From assembly GCA_965197905.1 (NCBI GenBank), contig CBDAOB010000005.1, forward strand, positions 1,312,001-1,376,000: a DNA stretch of 64,000 nt. Reading direction: 5' to 3'. This document shows, one piece after another, positions 19,203 through 29,901 of the stretch. The notes beneath the pieces were generated by a model, which worked only from the letters and a program-made list of their open reading frames with translations, ran no database searches and was not told the origin of the DNA. Position 1 is the stretch's first letter. Each line of letters opens with the position of its first letter. This DNA is from Candidatus Latescibacterota bacterium (GTDB lineage Bacteria; Latescibacterota; UBA2968; UBA8231). Position numbers and translations under genes: made by a program.

Positions 19203-20156
19203 GTGGTAGACTCAGGCGCGTATATCCGGATATCGGACCTGACCAAAACCTATCCGGCCTCCCGTCGAAGCGAGGCTCGCACCGCCTTGCAGGACGTCAA
19301 TCTCGACATCACCGCCGGTGAGATGGTAGCTCTTCTGGGGCCCAACGGCAGCGGAAAATCCACTCTGCTGCGCATTTTGACGACTTCCTTGCATCCCAGC
19401 TGCGGCTCGATCGAAATCGGCCCCTGGCGGTTGCCTCAAGATGCCTCCGAGGTGCGTAAGACCCTCGGTGTCGTCTTCCAGAAGCCCGCTCTCGATGACA
19501 AAATGACAGTCTCCGAGAATCTCCGCGCCGCTGCACGTCTGCAGGGGATCCAGGCGGGCGAAATCGAACGCCGCATGGCTCGCTGGCTCGACAAGATGGA
19601 CCTCTGCGACCGGAGAAACGAGCTCGTGGGAACCCTTTCGGGTGGGTTGGCGAAGCGCGTCGAACTGGCGAAGGCGCTGCTGCACGATCCCGTGCTCCTG
19701 GTGTTGGATGAACCCACCTCTGGCTTAGACCCGGTTTCCCGTCACGAATTCTGGCGGCAAATCGACCATTTACGACAAGAGCGTGCGCCGACTGTAGTAC
19801 TGACCACTCACCAGATCGATGAAGCGAGCCGTTCCGATCGGACGGCCATTCTGCACCAGGGAACCCTGCTGGCATATGATGCTCCAGAGAAGCTCCAGGC
19901 AGGCATCGGCAAGCAGGTGCTCGCCATCAGAGCAGACGACCCGGATGCTCTACGCGCCGGACTAGAGGCTTCGCTCGGAATCGAGGGGGTCATCTTCGAC
20001 AGTGGGATCCGCTTCGAATTGGAGAATCCCGTAAGTCTGGACGGGGTGCTTTCGAGTTTCGGTGATTGCATTCGATCCCTCAGTGTTGCACCACCCTCGC
20101 TGGAAGATGTCTTCTTTCATTTCGCAGGTGAGCCGCTCTCCACCGCGGAGGGGTAG
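19203..20156 (+). CDS. ABC-2 type transporter ATP-binding protein
   Basis: GPNGSGKST, LSGG, LVLDEPTSGLDP, TTH. Confidence 0.95.
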   Translation: MVDSGAYIRISDLTKTYPASRRSEARTALQDVNLDITAGEMVALLGPNGSGKSTLLRILTTSLHPSCGSIEIGPWRLPQDASEVRKTLGVVFQKPALDDKMTVSENLRAAARLQGIQAGEIERRMARWLDKMDLCDRRNELVGTLSGGLAKRVELAKALLHDPVLLVLDEPTSGLDPVSRHEFWRQIDHLRQERAPTVVLTTHQIDEASRSDRTAILHQGTLLAYDAPEKLQAGIGKQVLAIRADDPDALRAGLEASLGIEGVIFDSGIRFELENPVSLDGVLSSFGDCIRSLSVAPPSLEDVFFHFAGEPLSTAEG

Positions 20157-20158
20157 GC

Positions 20159-20923
20159 ATGAACGGGATACTCGTGCTCGCTCAACGCGAACTGGTGCGG
20201 TTCTTTCGCCAGCGCACCCGGCTCTTCGGGAGTCTGGCGCAGCCGTTCCTTTTCTGGCTGCTTATGGGGTCAGGATTTGCCGATAGTTTCGCCCCCGGAG
20301 GATTGGCAGAGTCCTACAGTGAATTCTTCTTCCCTGGAGTGGCGCTGATGTTGCTCCTGTTCGGCGCCATCTTTTCCACCATATCACTCATCGAAGACCG
20401 GGCAGCCGGGTTTCTCCAGGGTGTGCTGGTTGCGCCGGTGTCAAGACTCAGCATCGTCCTGGGAAAAGTGATCGGCGGAACATCGATAGCGGTGCTTCAA
20501 GCAGCGGTCTTTCTCATCCTGTCCCCATTCGCGGGGTTCGAGATGACCTTCGCCCGAATCCTCGGCTTGATCGGACTCTTCGCGTTGGTGGGGATAGGTT
20601 TTACCGGCCTAGGATTCTTTGTTGCCTGGTTGTCGGAAACAGTGGCCAGCTATCACGCTGTCATGAGCATGGTGATGCTGCCTTTGTGGTTGCTCTCAGG
20701 GGCTGTGTTCCCGTTGGAGCGGGCGGCGGAATGGCTGCGGCTAGTGATGCTTTTGAATCCGGTCACCTACGCCATGCAGGTAATTTGCGGGGCCTTCTAC
20801 GAGACCGGCTATGAGTTGATGGTACAACCCGATTACCTGTTGGCGATGGGGGTCACCACACTTTGGGCGCTTTCTACCTTGCTTCTCTCAGTCTGGGTCG
20901 CGGCACGCAAGGTGACGACCTGA
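20159..20923 (+). CDS. ABC-2 type transporter permease
   Basis: RELVRFFR, FFFPG, EDRAAGFLQGVLVAPVSR, LSGAVFP, NPVTY. Confidence 0.93.
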   Translation: MNGILVLAQRELVRFFRQRTRLFGSLAQPFLFWLLMGSGFADSFAPGGLAESYSEFFFPGVALMLLLFGAIFSTISLIEDRAAGFLQGVLVAPVSRLSIVLGKVIGGTSIAVLQAAVFLILSPFAGFEMTFARILGLIGLFALVGIGFTGLGFFVAWLSETVASYHAVMSMVMLPLWLLSGAVFPLERAAEWLRLVMLLNPVTYAMQVICGAFYETGYELMVQPDYLLAMGVTTLWALSTLLLSVWVAARKVTT

Positions 20924-21017
20924 GGGTGTTGATCTGATCCCGCTGGATGTAGCGATAGCCGAGCAGGAACACGAGGGTGGAGGTGGTGTTGAGAAAAGCG
21001 TTAAGGGCGGGTATGTG
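20921..21017 (-). pseudogene. Fragment resembling the N-terminus of a DUF420 membrane protein
   Basis: Minus strand reads HIPALNAFLNTTSTLVFLLGYRYIQRDQIN with no start codon; frame not in ORF track. Confidence 0.5.
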
Positions 21018-21068
21018 GAATTACGGGGTCGACCAAGATGCGAATACGACTGCGGAAAGCGGGTGGCG

Positions 21069-21446
21069 TCAGTTCGAGCCACCCATGCCCATCTTGGTTC
21101 GCTGGATGCGTTTCTTGCGTTTAGATTCTTCCTGTTCTTCAGCAGCGTGAACGCGCTTGTCCTCTTCGAGCCGCATGTCGGTCAACTCTTCGTAGTAGTT
21201 CGTCAGCTTGTCGGTGGCGGCCTTCAGTGGGGCAACAATCGGCGTAAGCTCCTCGACCCGTTTCTTTTTGTCAGCCATGCCGTCCTTAAGTCTTTTCAGC
21301 TCCCGTTCCACTTGATCTTGTTTAGGACGCAATCCTGCCGCTGTTTGCGTAAAGAACAGGATCGAGCGGATCGACATCACCAACGAACCCACCACGAGAA
21401 TAGCGGCGAGAACCTCCGGGGTCAGCAGTCCTCCTAATATATCCAT
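21069..21446 (-). CDS. Hypothetical protein, N-terminal TM helix + coiled coil
   Basis: Hydrophobic N-terminus followed by K/E-rich heptads. Confidence 0.7.
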   Translation of the reverse strand: MDILGGLLTPEVLAAILVVGSLVMSIRSILFFTQTAAGLRPKQDQVERELKRLKDGMADKKKRVEELTPIVAPLKAATDKLTNYYEELTDMRLEEDKRVHAAEEQEESKRKKRIQRTKMGMGGSN

Positions 21447-21543
21447 TTGCTAGGCAATTCGACCATTATTTGATGTATTTGAGAGCAACTTTCCTTAAAA
21501 TAATTAAACTCAAACAAATGGCAAACCGGAAGACGGCAACTAA

Positions 21544-24500
21544 TTGTCCAACTCATTGAGAGAGAATGGCGTAGCCATTGGGGAAGGAGGCGGAACACAG
21601 GGGTTCCCCGGTACCATCGCGGCGCTGATCGGAGCTTTGGTGATCGTGGCTGAAATCCAGCAGTTCGCGACGCTTTCCAAGTTCCAGGTGATGCCCCCCG
21701 CGGCCGGTTTCAAGAGCCCGGGTGATTTCGCCGCGGAACTCCACGCCTCGGTTTCCTTCCAGCTGTGGGATTGGGGGTTGATCATCCTCCTCGCCGGCGC
21801 CGTTTTCTCCGTGCTTATCATGGAGATTCGCGGCCACCAGCTCACCAGACTGTTCGACTATTGCTTCGCCCGTGATGCTCGTGCACTGGTGCTGCTGATC
21901 ATCAGCAGCACTGTTCTAATGCGCTACTACTTCACCGTTGGGCAACTGAGCTGGGCCGGCGATGCTGCCGAACACATCGTCTATTCCTGGATCGCCGCTA
22001 GCGCTTTCGCGGCCGGGGAGTTGCCCATATGGTCGAACTACATCTCGGGCGGTTCGCCGTTCCTGCAGTTTTACGGCTTCTTGTTTTTCTATACGGTCGC
22101 GGGCGTAGATCTGGTCGTTGGCGAGATCTTCACCTCCCTGAAGCTGGTTCTGGGGATTGCGCATATCTGCTCTGGCGTTGCCGCCTACGCCTGGTTCAAG
22201 GTTATGTTCGGCTCCCGCCGCGCCGCGTACCTGGGAGCTCTGGCCTACATCCTCAGCTTTTGGCATACGCAGCAGGTGCTGTTCATGGGCCGGTTACCCC
22301 TGTCCCTGTTCTACGCTGTCCTGCCGCTGCCATTTCTCTTCTTCGAAGCTTTCAGAAGTTGGCGCAACAAAGAGCTGGCGCTGGGACTGGGTGCCGCATC
22401 CCTGGGATCGCTGGTATTGTGCGCCACGAGGCGCCAGAGAACCGGGTGGGATGCAAGGACCCACCAACGGGCTGTCGCAGCAGCCCGTTGAAGCTGGAGG
22501 CAGCCTGACCCTGGGAGCGCAGGGGAAGGTGGAAGCAGCCTCGACAACGACAGAGTGGAGTGGCACCTCCAGACACTCCACGTCTGGCAAGCAAGACGGA
22601 ATGGTGTAACCCGAAGTGAACCAGTGATGGAACCCCCTTTAGCGGCCCGCCAACCCAAACCTGGTGGATAAGGGTTGGTACGCAACGCACGTGGTCGGAT
22701 ATATGACCGACTGCGACTCTGGGGAGGTGTGATACCCACCGAAGCAGAGGCCTTGGAGAATGCCTGCGGCGTACCCAAGGCGAAGTTGCAGGGGAAAAGC
22801 TGGGCACCTCCCCCGTCAAACGGTTCATGGTGAACGTGGGAACCGAGCCGAGTCCGACCGTTATCGGGGCAGCGCGCTGTCCGCTGTGGGGCTTGGCAAG
22901 GGACGGAGCCTCTGTAGTAGTCCGCGAGCGGGAAAGCCGCTTACATGGCGAAGGGAGGCAGCAAGTTGCGCAGTGGGGTACTGGAAAAACAGGAGGACGC
23001 CGGTGAATGCCAGCGCTTCGTGGCCCGAGGCAGAACAAGCCCGTAATCGAGTACTGGAAATCCAGACCAAACTGCACCGTTGGGCTGTAGAGGATCGAAG
23101 CAAGTGCTTCGACGACCTGTTCAACCTGGTGTGTGACCCGGCGTTTTTGAGTGTAGCCTGGCGTCGGGTGCGCAGCAACAAGGGTGCTCGTTCGGCCGGA
23201 GTGGACGGACAAACGGCCTACTCTGTGGAGACGGAACGCGGCGAGGAGGCCTTTCTCGCCGAGGTGCGGGTTGATCTGAAGACCCGCAGTTTCCGGCCTC
23301 TGCCCGTACGCGAGCGGTTGATTCCGAAACCTGGCACAACGAAGAAGCGCCGGCTCGGCATCCCAACCGCTCGGGACCGAGTGGTCCAAGCCGCACTCAA
23401 GCTGGTGCTCGAACCGATCTTCGAAGCGGACTTCAAGCCGTGCTCCTACGGCTTCCGCCCGAATCGGCGGGCTCAGGACGCCATCGCCGAGATTCATCAA
23501 TTCTGCTCCCGCTCTTATGAGTGGGTGGTGGAGGGCGATATCCGTGCTTGTTTCGATGAGATTGATCACGCAGCCCTCTTGGACCGCGTGCGTCGACGTA
23601 TCGGTGATAAGCATGTTCTGAGGCTTGTAAAAGCGTTCTGCAAGGCCGGTGTCCTCACGGAACAATCGGTGTTGCAAGAAAGCACTTCGGGCACTCCGCA
23701 AGGCGGTATTCTCTCACCGCTGGTGGCAAATATCGCCTTATCCGTCCTCGACGATTATTTCACTGAGGTCTGGAGAAAGGTGGGCGCTACCTCCAGTGCG
23801 CGACAAGCGCATCGGCGAAAGGGGCTACCGACTTGTCGGCTTGTCCGTTACGCTGACGATTTCGTGCTGCTGGTGGCGGGCACCGAAGCTGCAGCGTATG
23901 ACCTGCGCGACCAAGCGGGGGTGACTCTCACCCCCATGGGTCTGCACCTGTCGGAGACGAAGACCGCCATCACGCACATCAGCCGTGGCTTCGATTTCCT
24001 GGGTTTTCGCATTCAGAAGCGACGGAAACCGGGCCCGGTTGGCGCACGCATCTATACGTGGCCAAGAAAGGAATCTCTGGCCCGGTTGAAGAGCACGGTG
24101 CGCGCAGTCACGAGAACGGGTCGGCAGAGGCCGTTGAAGAGCCTTCTGCGCCAACTCAATCCGGTGTTGCGGGGGTGGGCCAACTACTTTCAGTACGGGG
24201 TGTCGAAGGCCACTTTCAACTACGTGCGGGGCTTCACTTGGCGCCGCGTAGTGCATTGGCTGCGCCGCAAGCACCCGCGCTTTAATTGGAGGAAGCTGAA
24301 ACGCCGCTACCTGCCAGGATGGTGGCCCACCGAGGACGGGATTGCTCTTTACAACGTCGGCGAAGTAGCAGTGACTCGTTACCGCTATCGATCGGCGCGG
24401 ATCCCTTCTCCCTGGCCTGCGACAACCGGATGAGACTCTGCGGTCACACGGCACCTTGTGGAGAGCCGGATGCGTGGTAACGCGCACGTCCGGTTCGGAG

Positions 24501-26188
24501 GGCGGGCCGGAGAAACCCACATCACGCGTGTGGCGCAGGGCGCTCCGGTCCGACCCTACTATCCATCCCGGCTACGCCTTCTGGGCGGCTTTCTTCCTCC
24601 TGCTCTACATCGGCCTGCGCGTATGTTTTGAACCCTCGCACCGCCGCCAAATGGTGGTCTGGGGGAGCGGCCTGGTATTGCTCGGCACGGTGTTCGGCTC
24701 CGCCTTTGGGTTGCCCATGCTGCTTGAGGCGAATCAAACCAGCCTGGAGACCGGCGTCTCCCTGTCGGGTGTGCCCGATCCGTCCTGGCAGCATCTCCTC
24801 GGATGGTCCAACTTCCGCCTCCGTTTGTTAGCCTTGCCGGAGACCAACCACCATTGGTATGGTGGGTACCTTGGCCTGTCTCTAATCCTCATTGCGGCCG
24901 TGGCGGTCCTCGCCGCCCGCGGGCTCCGGCTGTGGCGGTTACTCGCGCCGGGGGTGGCCGGGATGGGGGTGGTGCTCGTCATCATCTTCGGGTATCGCCT
25001 GACCTTGCTACAAAGCCTAGCGCCGGTAACCGCGCTGAACTCCGGCCGCTACCTTCTCTTCGCAGTCTTCTTCCTGGCGTATCTGGTTGCCACGGCGGTG
25101 GTGGTGGTGGAACGTTCTGAGTCCTCAGCCAAAAGCGCTTCGAGACTCTACACCGCGATGTTTGCGCTCATTCTCATAGACTTGGGACCAACGACATTTC
25201 AACACCCGTACGTGCCGCGTTCGGCGATTCCAATCAACTTTCCCGCATCGACACTTCAGCAGATTCGTGCAAGCACCAGCGGCGGCGGAAGTATTCCGAA
25301 CTTTCGCACCTACGTCACCACCGAGCATAGCAACCCGTTTCAGGCAATCGGCTGGCTCTGCTTCGCTTCCGGCATTCCCACCTTTCAGGGCCTCTACAAC
25401 GAAGCCCCACGCGCACATGGCAAACTGGCGGAGCCATGGGAGACCTTTGCAGAACCGGTGTTCAACACCATCGACCACGCCCGCGAGCTCTCCTGGCACA
25501 CCCCCAGGCGGATATCATCAGTGGCGGCCTCGCGCTGTTGAATGTGCGACGCGTCGTCGCATTACAGCAGGAGGAACTCCTGACGTTCGAGTGGAACGCG
25601 AGCACTCCGATCCTGGTGTCGCCGAAAGTAGGACCGTTTCCATACGACGAGTTTGACCGCATGCAGTCGGAAGGCAAACTCCAATCGCTCTTGCGCAGCA
25701 CCTTTCCCGATTGGCCGGACCTGATCGAGCTCGCCCGCATTTTCAAGTCCCTGTGGCTCGTGCGGGCTCTTGGGGTCGACGGGGAAAACGGAACGTGTGA
25801 GCAGATCATCCTGCGCGATCCTCATTATCGCGACGATCTGAAAACCTCACCCAGCGTTGTCGTGACGGAACACCGTGTGTGGAATCAAAGAGTCGAGCTC
25901 GCGGTCGAGGTTTCCGAACAGTGCTACGCTCGCCTGGCGTACGCGTTTTATCCGGATTTGCGCGTAACGCTCAATGAGGTCGAGGTGGACGCCCTGGAAA
26001 CAGCGGGCGGTTTCATCGGGTTGAAATTGCCTGCGGGAAGGAACCGAATCGAGATCACTCCGCAACTGTCCTCGCTGCGAAAGACCACGTGGGGCGCCAG
26101 TATCCTATTGCTCGTTCTGGTGCCTGTAGGAATCGGATCCTGGAAAAGAAGGATGGGAAGGCGTTCGCACCAGCGCCGCGGTAGTTAG
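21544..26188 (+). CDS. Large polytopic membrane protein (GT-C/YfhO-like), split by group II intron (exon 1 ends 22418, exon 2 starts 24560); further frameshift near 25490
   Basis: WAGDAAEH, ELPIWSNYISGGSPFLQFYG, GGYLG and C-terminal YAFYP..GGFIGLKLPAG motifs; spliced junction reads LGSLV-F-IHPGY in frame; start codon uncertain. Confidence 0.75.
22419..24559 (+). mobile_element. Group II intron (2141 nt), sense to host gene
   Basis: 5' GTGCG at 22419; domain V GAGCCGGATGCG..CGCACGTCCGGTTC at about 24463-24496; domain VI ending CGACCCTAC at 24559; EBS1 GATACC (22731-22736) in a GGTG/CACC hairpin pairs with exon end GGTATT. Confidence 0.95.
23003..24433 (+). CDS. ltrA: Group II intron reverse transcriptase/maturase (no recognisable endonuclease domain)
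   Basis: NKGARSAGVDG, RRLGIPTARDR, SYGFRP, GTPQGGILSP, RYADDF, FDFLGF, RGWANYF; AGGAGG RBS before GTG 23003. Confidence 0.95.
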   Translation: MNASASWPEAEQARNRVLEIQTKLHRWAVEDRSKCFDDLFNLVCDPAFLSVAWRRVRSNKGARSAGVDGQTAYSVETERGEEAFLAEVRVDLKTRSFRPLPVRERLIPKPGTTKKRRLGIPTARDRVVQAALKLVLEPIFEADFKPCSYGFRPNRRAQDAIAEIHQFCSRSYEWVVEGDIRACFDEIDHAALLDRVRRRIGDKHVLRLVKAFCKAGVLTEQSVLQESTSGTPQGGILSPLVANIALSVLDDYFTEVWRKVGATSSARQAHRRKGLPTCRLVRYADDFVLLVAGTEAAAYDLRDQAGVTLTPMGLHLSETKTAITHISRGFDFLGFRIQKRRKPGPVGARIYTWPRKESLARLKSTVRAVTRTGRQRPLKSLLRQLNPVLRGWANYFQYGVSKATFNYVRGFTWRRVVHWLRRKHPRFNWRKLKRRYLPGWWPTEDGIALYNVGEVAVTRYRYRSARIPSPWPATTG

Positions 26189-26922
26189 CATTCTTCCGCC
26201 TTGCCGGTCATGGGCACGAACCTGACCGGCAACAAGGTATCGGCCCCGACACCGCTTTCGGACTTGCTCAGCCTTACCAGCTGTTGGAATTCGTCGCCAA
26301 CGGGAAGCACCATGCGGCCGCCTACTGCGAGCTGTTCGACCAAAGGTTGGGGCACATGGTCTGGTGCTGCCGTTACAATAACGGCGGAAAAGGGAGCCGC
26401 TTCGGGCCAACCTAGATAGCCGTCCCCAGCGCGGACGCGGATGTTGTCGTATCCCAACTCCTCCAACAGGGCCGCCGAACGCGCAGCCAGCACCGGCACT
26501 ATTTCTATGGTAAACACTTCCTTGACCAATTCGGCGAGGACAGCGGCCTGATACCCTGAACCGGTGCCGATCTCCAAGACCCGGTCGCCGGGTTTCAATT
26601 GCAGCGCCTGGGTCATATACGCCACGATGTACGGCTGAGAGATCGTTTGATCTTCGCCGATCGGCAATGGATGGTCGGCGTACGCAAACTCGCGCCACTT
26701 GTCGGGCACGAACAGATGCCTCGGGACTTCGCCCATAACTCGAAGCACGGCCGGGTCTGTAATATCCCGCCGCGACAGCTGGGATGTTACCATCTCCGCA
26801 CGGAGCTCGGCAAAGCGATCGGGCAGGGACTGTCGCTGACCGTGGGACGGGTCCTGGCAGGCTGCCAACACCGACCAACCCAACATCAACAGACCGGTGA
26901 TCGATGCGGCGTTGAGCGACAT
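26185..26922 (-). CDS. pcm: Protein-L-isoaspartate O-methyltransferase with lipoprotein-like leader
   Basis: VPRHLFVP, QTISQPYIVA, LEIGTGSGYQAA, GDGYLGW, VRFVPM; VLAAC leader. Confidence 0.93.
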   Translation of the reverse strand: MSLNAASITGLLMLGWSVLAACQDPSHGQRQSLPDRFAELRAEMVTSQLSRRDITDPAVLRVMGEVPRHLFVPDKWREFAYADHPLPIGEDQTISQPYIVAYMTQALQLKPGDRVLEIGTGSGYQAAVLAELVKEVFTIEIVPVLAARSAALLEELGYDNIRVRAGDGYLGWPEAAPFSAVIVTAAPDHVPQPLVEQLAVGGRMVLPVGDEFQQLVRLSKSESGVGADTLLPVRFVPMTGKAEEC

Positions 26923-26981
26923 TCGGGCCTCTATTTGAACGGTGAATGGAGGCGATGCGAAGCGCAAAAGATGGGGGGTGT

Positions 26982-27242
26982 CTATCCGTCTTTGGAGAAA
27001 CCGAACTTGGTAATATTCATGGCGCCGGTGTAGCTTTTGCCCGTCATGCGCTCGTGTTCCTCCTTGAGACCGGAGAAACTCTCCCGCTCTGAATGCAGGG
27101 TCGATTCGAGGTAGGCATTCCTCTCCGTCAGTTCCTTGTTTTCGCTCTGCAGCTGGCCCAACTCCCCCTTCATCTTTTCCATCGACGCCATAAGCCTCTG
27201 ATTGGCCAGTTCCAAAGCCACTGCCTTGCTTTGCTTCGACAT
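26982..27242 (-). CDS. Small coiled-coil hypothetical protein (86 aa)
   Basis: AAGGAG RBS upstream, heptad-like composition. Confidence 0.65.
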   Translation of the reverse strand: MSKQSKAVALELANQRLMASMEKMKGELGQLQSENKELTERNAYLESTLHSERESFSGLKEEHERMTGKSYTGAMNITKFGFSKDG

Positions 27243-27389
27243 AATCCCGTCTCCTTAGCGGGCCGGTTAGGTTCGAGCCCGTTTCGCAAGACCTACTATT
27301 ATTACTGACTTACCCATTAACCCATAATATACAACGACTTAGTGGAGTTCGCCAACGTTCGTGAGGTGACCTGATCGATGACTTTCCCA

Positions 27390-28373
27390 ATGCGCGCAGC
27401 ACGTCGCTAGTGGGACGCAGGTGGACAGCATCTGGTATTCCACTCGCACGGGTGGCCTTACCACACCACACGATGACGACGTTGCCAGCCGGCGCGGCCG
27501 CCCGCTGCTACTGGCGGCCCACACGCCGTTCAGCCTGGAGGACTGCGTACACGTTGGCGTGGATCTGGAAACATGGCTCCAGGAAGGACTGATCGACCAG
27601 TTCAGCCCGGGAGGCGATCTTGAGTCGGTTTTGCGCGATTCCTACACCGACATCATCGACCTGGGACACAAGTACGAAATCCCGGTCTATCCTTGCATGT
27701 CGTGGTCGTTTTGGGAGTACTGGGTTTTTCTCGCGTTGAGCGACGGCAAATACAAGAAGTGTGAGGATTGGATGGAAACGCTCTATGGGGGACAGTCGGA
27801 TCGCATCGGCAAGCCGGAGTATGTCTCGATATTCAACGCGTGGGAGGTGCATTCCCAGCCTGGCGCGGTGCTGCCCTGAATCTGTTTAACGCCGGCGCCG
27901 ATGGACTCTACATCTTCAATCCCGCGCTTGGTGAGCCGCGTGTGTGGAAGGAGATCGGCGAGGTGGCGACCATGGCGGGAAAGGACAGACTGTATGGCAT
28001 CGACCGTTTCGAAGGTGCCGATAGCTTCACCGCCATCCCGGAGGTAACACTCCCCGCGGCCGTGGGTTTTCAGGTGGGCGAGGATGTCGGATCTATCGGT
28101 GCGCGAAGCATCGACTTCAGCCTGCATCTGTGGGACTGGGTTCCGGGCGACGACCTCTCCGTCAGACTCAACGGGGCATCCGTCGAAGGGCTGGAACCGG
28201 CCGAGCCGGGCCGCAATCCAGCCGAAGGTCAGTGGCTACAGGGCGATCTCGATGCCAAGCAGATCAATCGTGGTGAGAATCGGCTGGAAGTGAAGGTGGA
28301 AAAACGGGGCGACACTGCATCATCTCCTGTCGTACTGGACACGGCGCAGGTGCGCGTTCGGTGCGACGCCTAG
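27390..28373 (+). pseudogene. Glycoside hydrolase-like (GHL10-type) remnant with large internal deletion and frameshift near 27846
   Basis: N-terminal GTQVDSIWYS joined directly to C-terminal GVDLETWLQEGLID and WRGAALN..AGADGLYIFN; two frames. Confidence 0.6.
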
Positions 28374-28422
28374 CCAGAAGTCCGTGCCGGCGGAGCCTGA
28401 GCCCCGCATAGAGGGATGTTCT

Positions 28423-29385
28423 TCACGTCGTTACTACCCCGATCGGTGGGCATTGCTTGAAGTACTGCATCAGCGGAGCGAGTGCTTTCAAGAGCTGCTC
28501 TTCTTCGTCAGCAGACAGCGAATCGGGAGAATCAAAGAGCGACGGCTTGCCCAGACGTGAGTCTGAAAAAATCCCGCGGCGCTTGATGATTGCCTTGTTC
28601 GTGTTTTCTCCGCCGATGTAGGACTTGAAACAGATCACACCCAGCATTTTGCTTTCGGTCTGTTCGGCGAGGATTTCATCACCCGACCTCAATGCCTCGA
28701 AGATCGCTATCACCGGTTCGATTACGTCCGCAGCAGTCATGAACAGCGTACAACCTGCCCGGTAGGACATCACAAAATTGGGCCCGGCCATCATTCCCAA
28801 TAGAATATCGCCCACTTCAGCCTGCATAGCCCGTACCTGGCGCACCCAGCGGGGTCCCTCGATTTTCATGTAACGAACGTTGGGATGGGACTGCACGATG
28901 TCCACCAAGGTGCCGACACCGAAGACCTTGTTACTTGGCCCCCCATAGATGGTATGCAGCATGACCGGAAGCTGCACTGATTCGGCGACAGTCATCAAAC
29001 ACTGGGCAGCTTCCGATTCTCTAGTCACCCATGGCGGAGGGATTACCGCTACCATGTCTGCGCCGATCTTGTCTGCTTGCTGTGCCGCGTTCACAACTTC
29101 ATGTATTCCGACACCGCCGACTGCGGCACAAACCGGAATACGACCGTTTGCCTCTTCGAGTGATATCTCGATGCACTTCTCACGTTCGGCCGGCGAAAGA
29201 CAATACGTTTCGCAGCCTAGCATCCCGGGGACGAGCAATACCGTCCCGACATCAATCACGTGGCGAACCTGGCGGCGGTATGAGGATTCATCCAGACGGC
29301 TGTCATTGTCGAATGGCGTTTTTAGAAGCGTCGCGACCCCTTTGATCTGTCTATTTCGATCCGTCAGATCGAAAGCTTTTCGCAT
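28423..29385 (-). CDS. Dihydrodipicolinate synthase (DapA/NanA) family aldolase
   Basis: TPFD, GCETYCLS..ER, GRIPV, GADMVAVIPP, HPNVRYMKIE. Confidence 0.85.
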   Translation of the reverse strand: MRKAFDLTDRNRQIKGVATLLKTPFDNDSRLDESSYRRQVRHVIDVGTVLLVPGMLGCETYCLSPAEREKCIEISLEEANGRIPVCAAVGGVGIHEVVNAAQQADKIGADMVAVIPPPWVTRESEAAQCLMTVAESVQLPVMLHTIYGGPSNKVFGVGTLVDIVQSHPNVRYMKIEGPRWVRQVRAMQAEVGDILLGMMAGPNFVMSYRAGCTLFMTAADVIEPVIAIFEALRSGDEILAEQTESKMLGVICFKSYIGGENTNKAIIKRRGIFSDSRLGKPSLFDSPDSLSADEEEQLLKALAPLMQYFKQCPPIGVVTT

Positions 29386-29901
29386 GGCGAACTCCCAATC
29401 GATATGGATGGAAAAACGAAACACATTGATGAAGTTACATGTTGAATGCTGCGCCGAGAAAAAGAACCCACCGACCGAACTGAGGAAAGTCACCCCCTTC
29501 CCAACATACTAAATAACAACGTGATCAACGCCGCGCCTGCAAGGGCGAGACGGATACTTATTCGCGTTGGCTGTCTGGACTTTTTCTCCTTTTCGTACCC
29601 AAATACGACCTTTTTCACATGCTCTTCTTCAAGTACGAAGATACGGCCATGGCTTGCTCAGATGGAAATGTTGCTGGCCAAGCCGCGGTGCCAACGCTGG
29701 GGTTTCTCAATCTCGCGCAATTCGATCGGAGCAGCGGCGAACGTAGCAGACGAATATTTGTTGAGCATGTTGATGAGTTTCAGACGCTCCTTAGGGGGAC
29801 CGCGGGAGCTAGGCGCGAGGCATCCAACAGGATTGGCGTCAGCTGTCCATAGCGGGTAGGTTGAGACCCATGCCAAGTGCTCGACCTGCTCGCCCAAGCC
29901 A

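Noticed and set aside
22760..23002. N-terminal extension of the RT given by the ORF track
   Set aside because: This is intron RNA (domains I-III region); a strong AGGAGG RBS precedes GTG at 23003.
22352..23701. 449-aa antisense ORF and other long shadow ORFs (e.g. 16372-17172, 42515-43288, 52509-53291)
   Set aside because: Antisense to well-supported genes in GC-rich DNA, with no recognisable motifs.
23003..24433. Retron, DGR or CRISPR-associated reverse transcriptase
   Set aside because: Maturase domain, domains V/VI, GTGCG..AC boundaries and EBS1/IBS1 pairing identify a group II intron.
27250..27290. tRNA suggested by GGTTCGAGCCC
   Set aside because: Only a T-loop-like hairpin; no cloverleaf could be built.
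29560..29800. GntR/FCD regulator remnant upstream of the DapA-like gene
   Set aside because: Only a vague resemblance across broken frames; not supportable.
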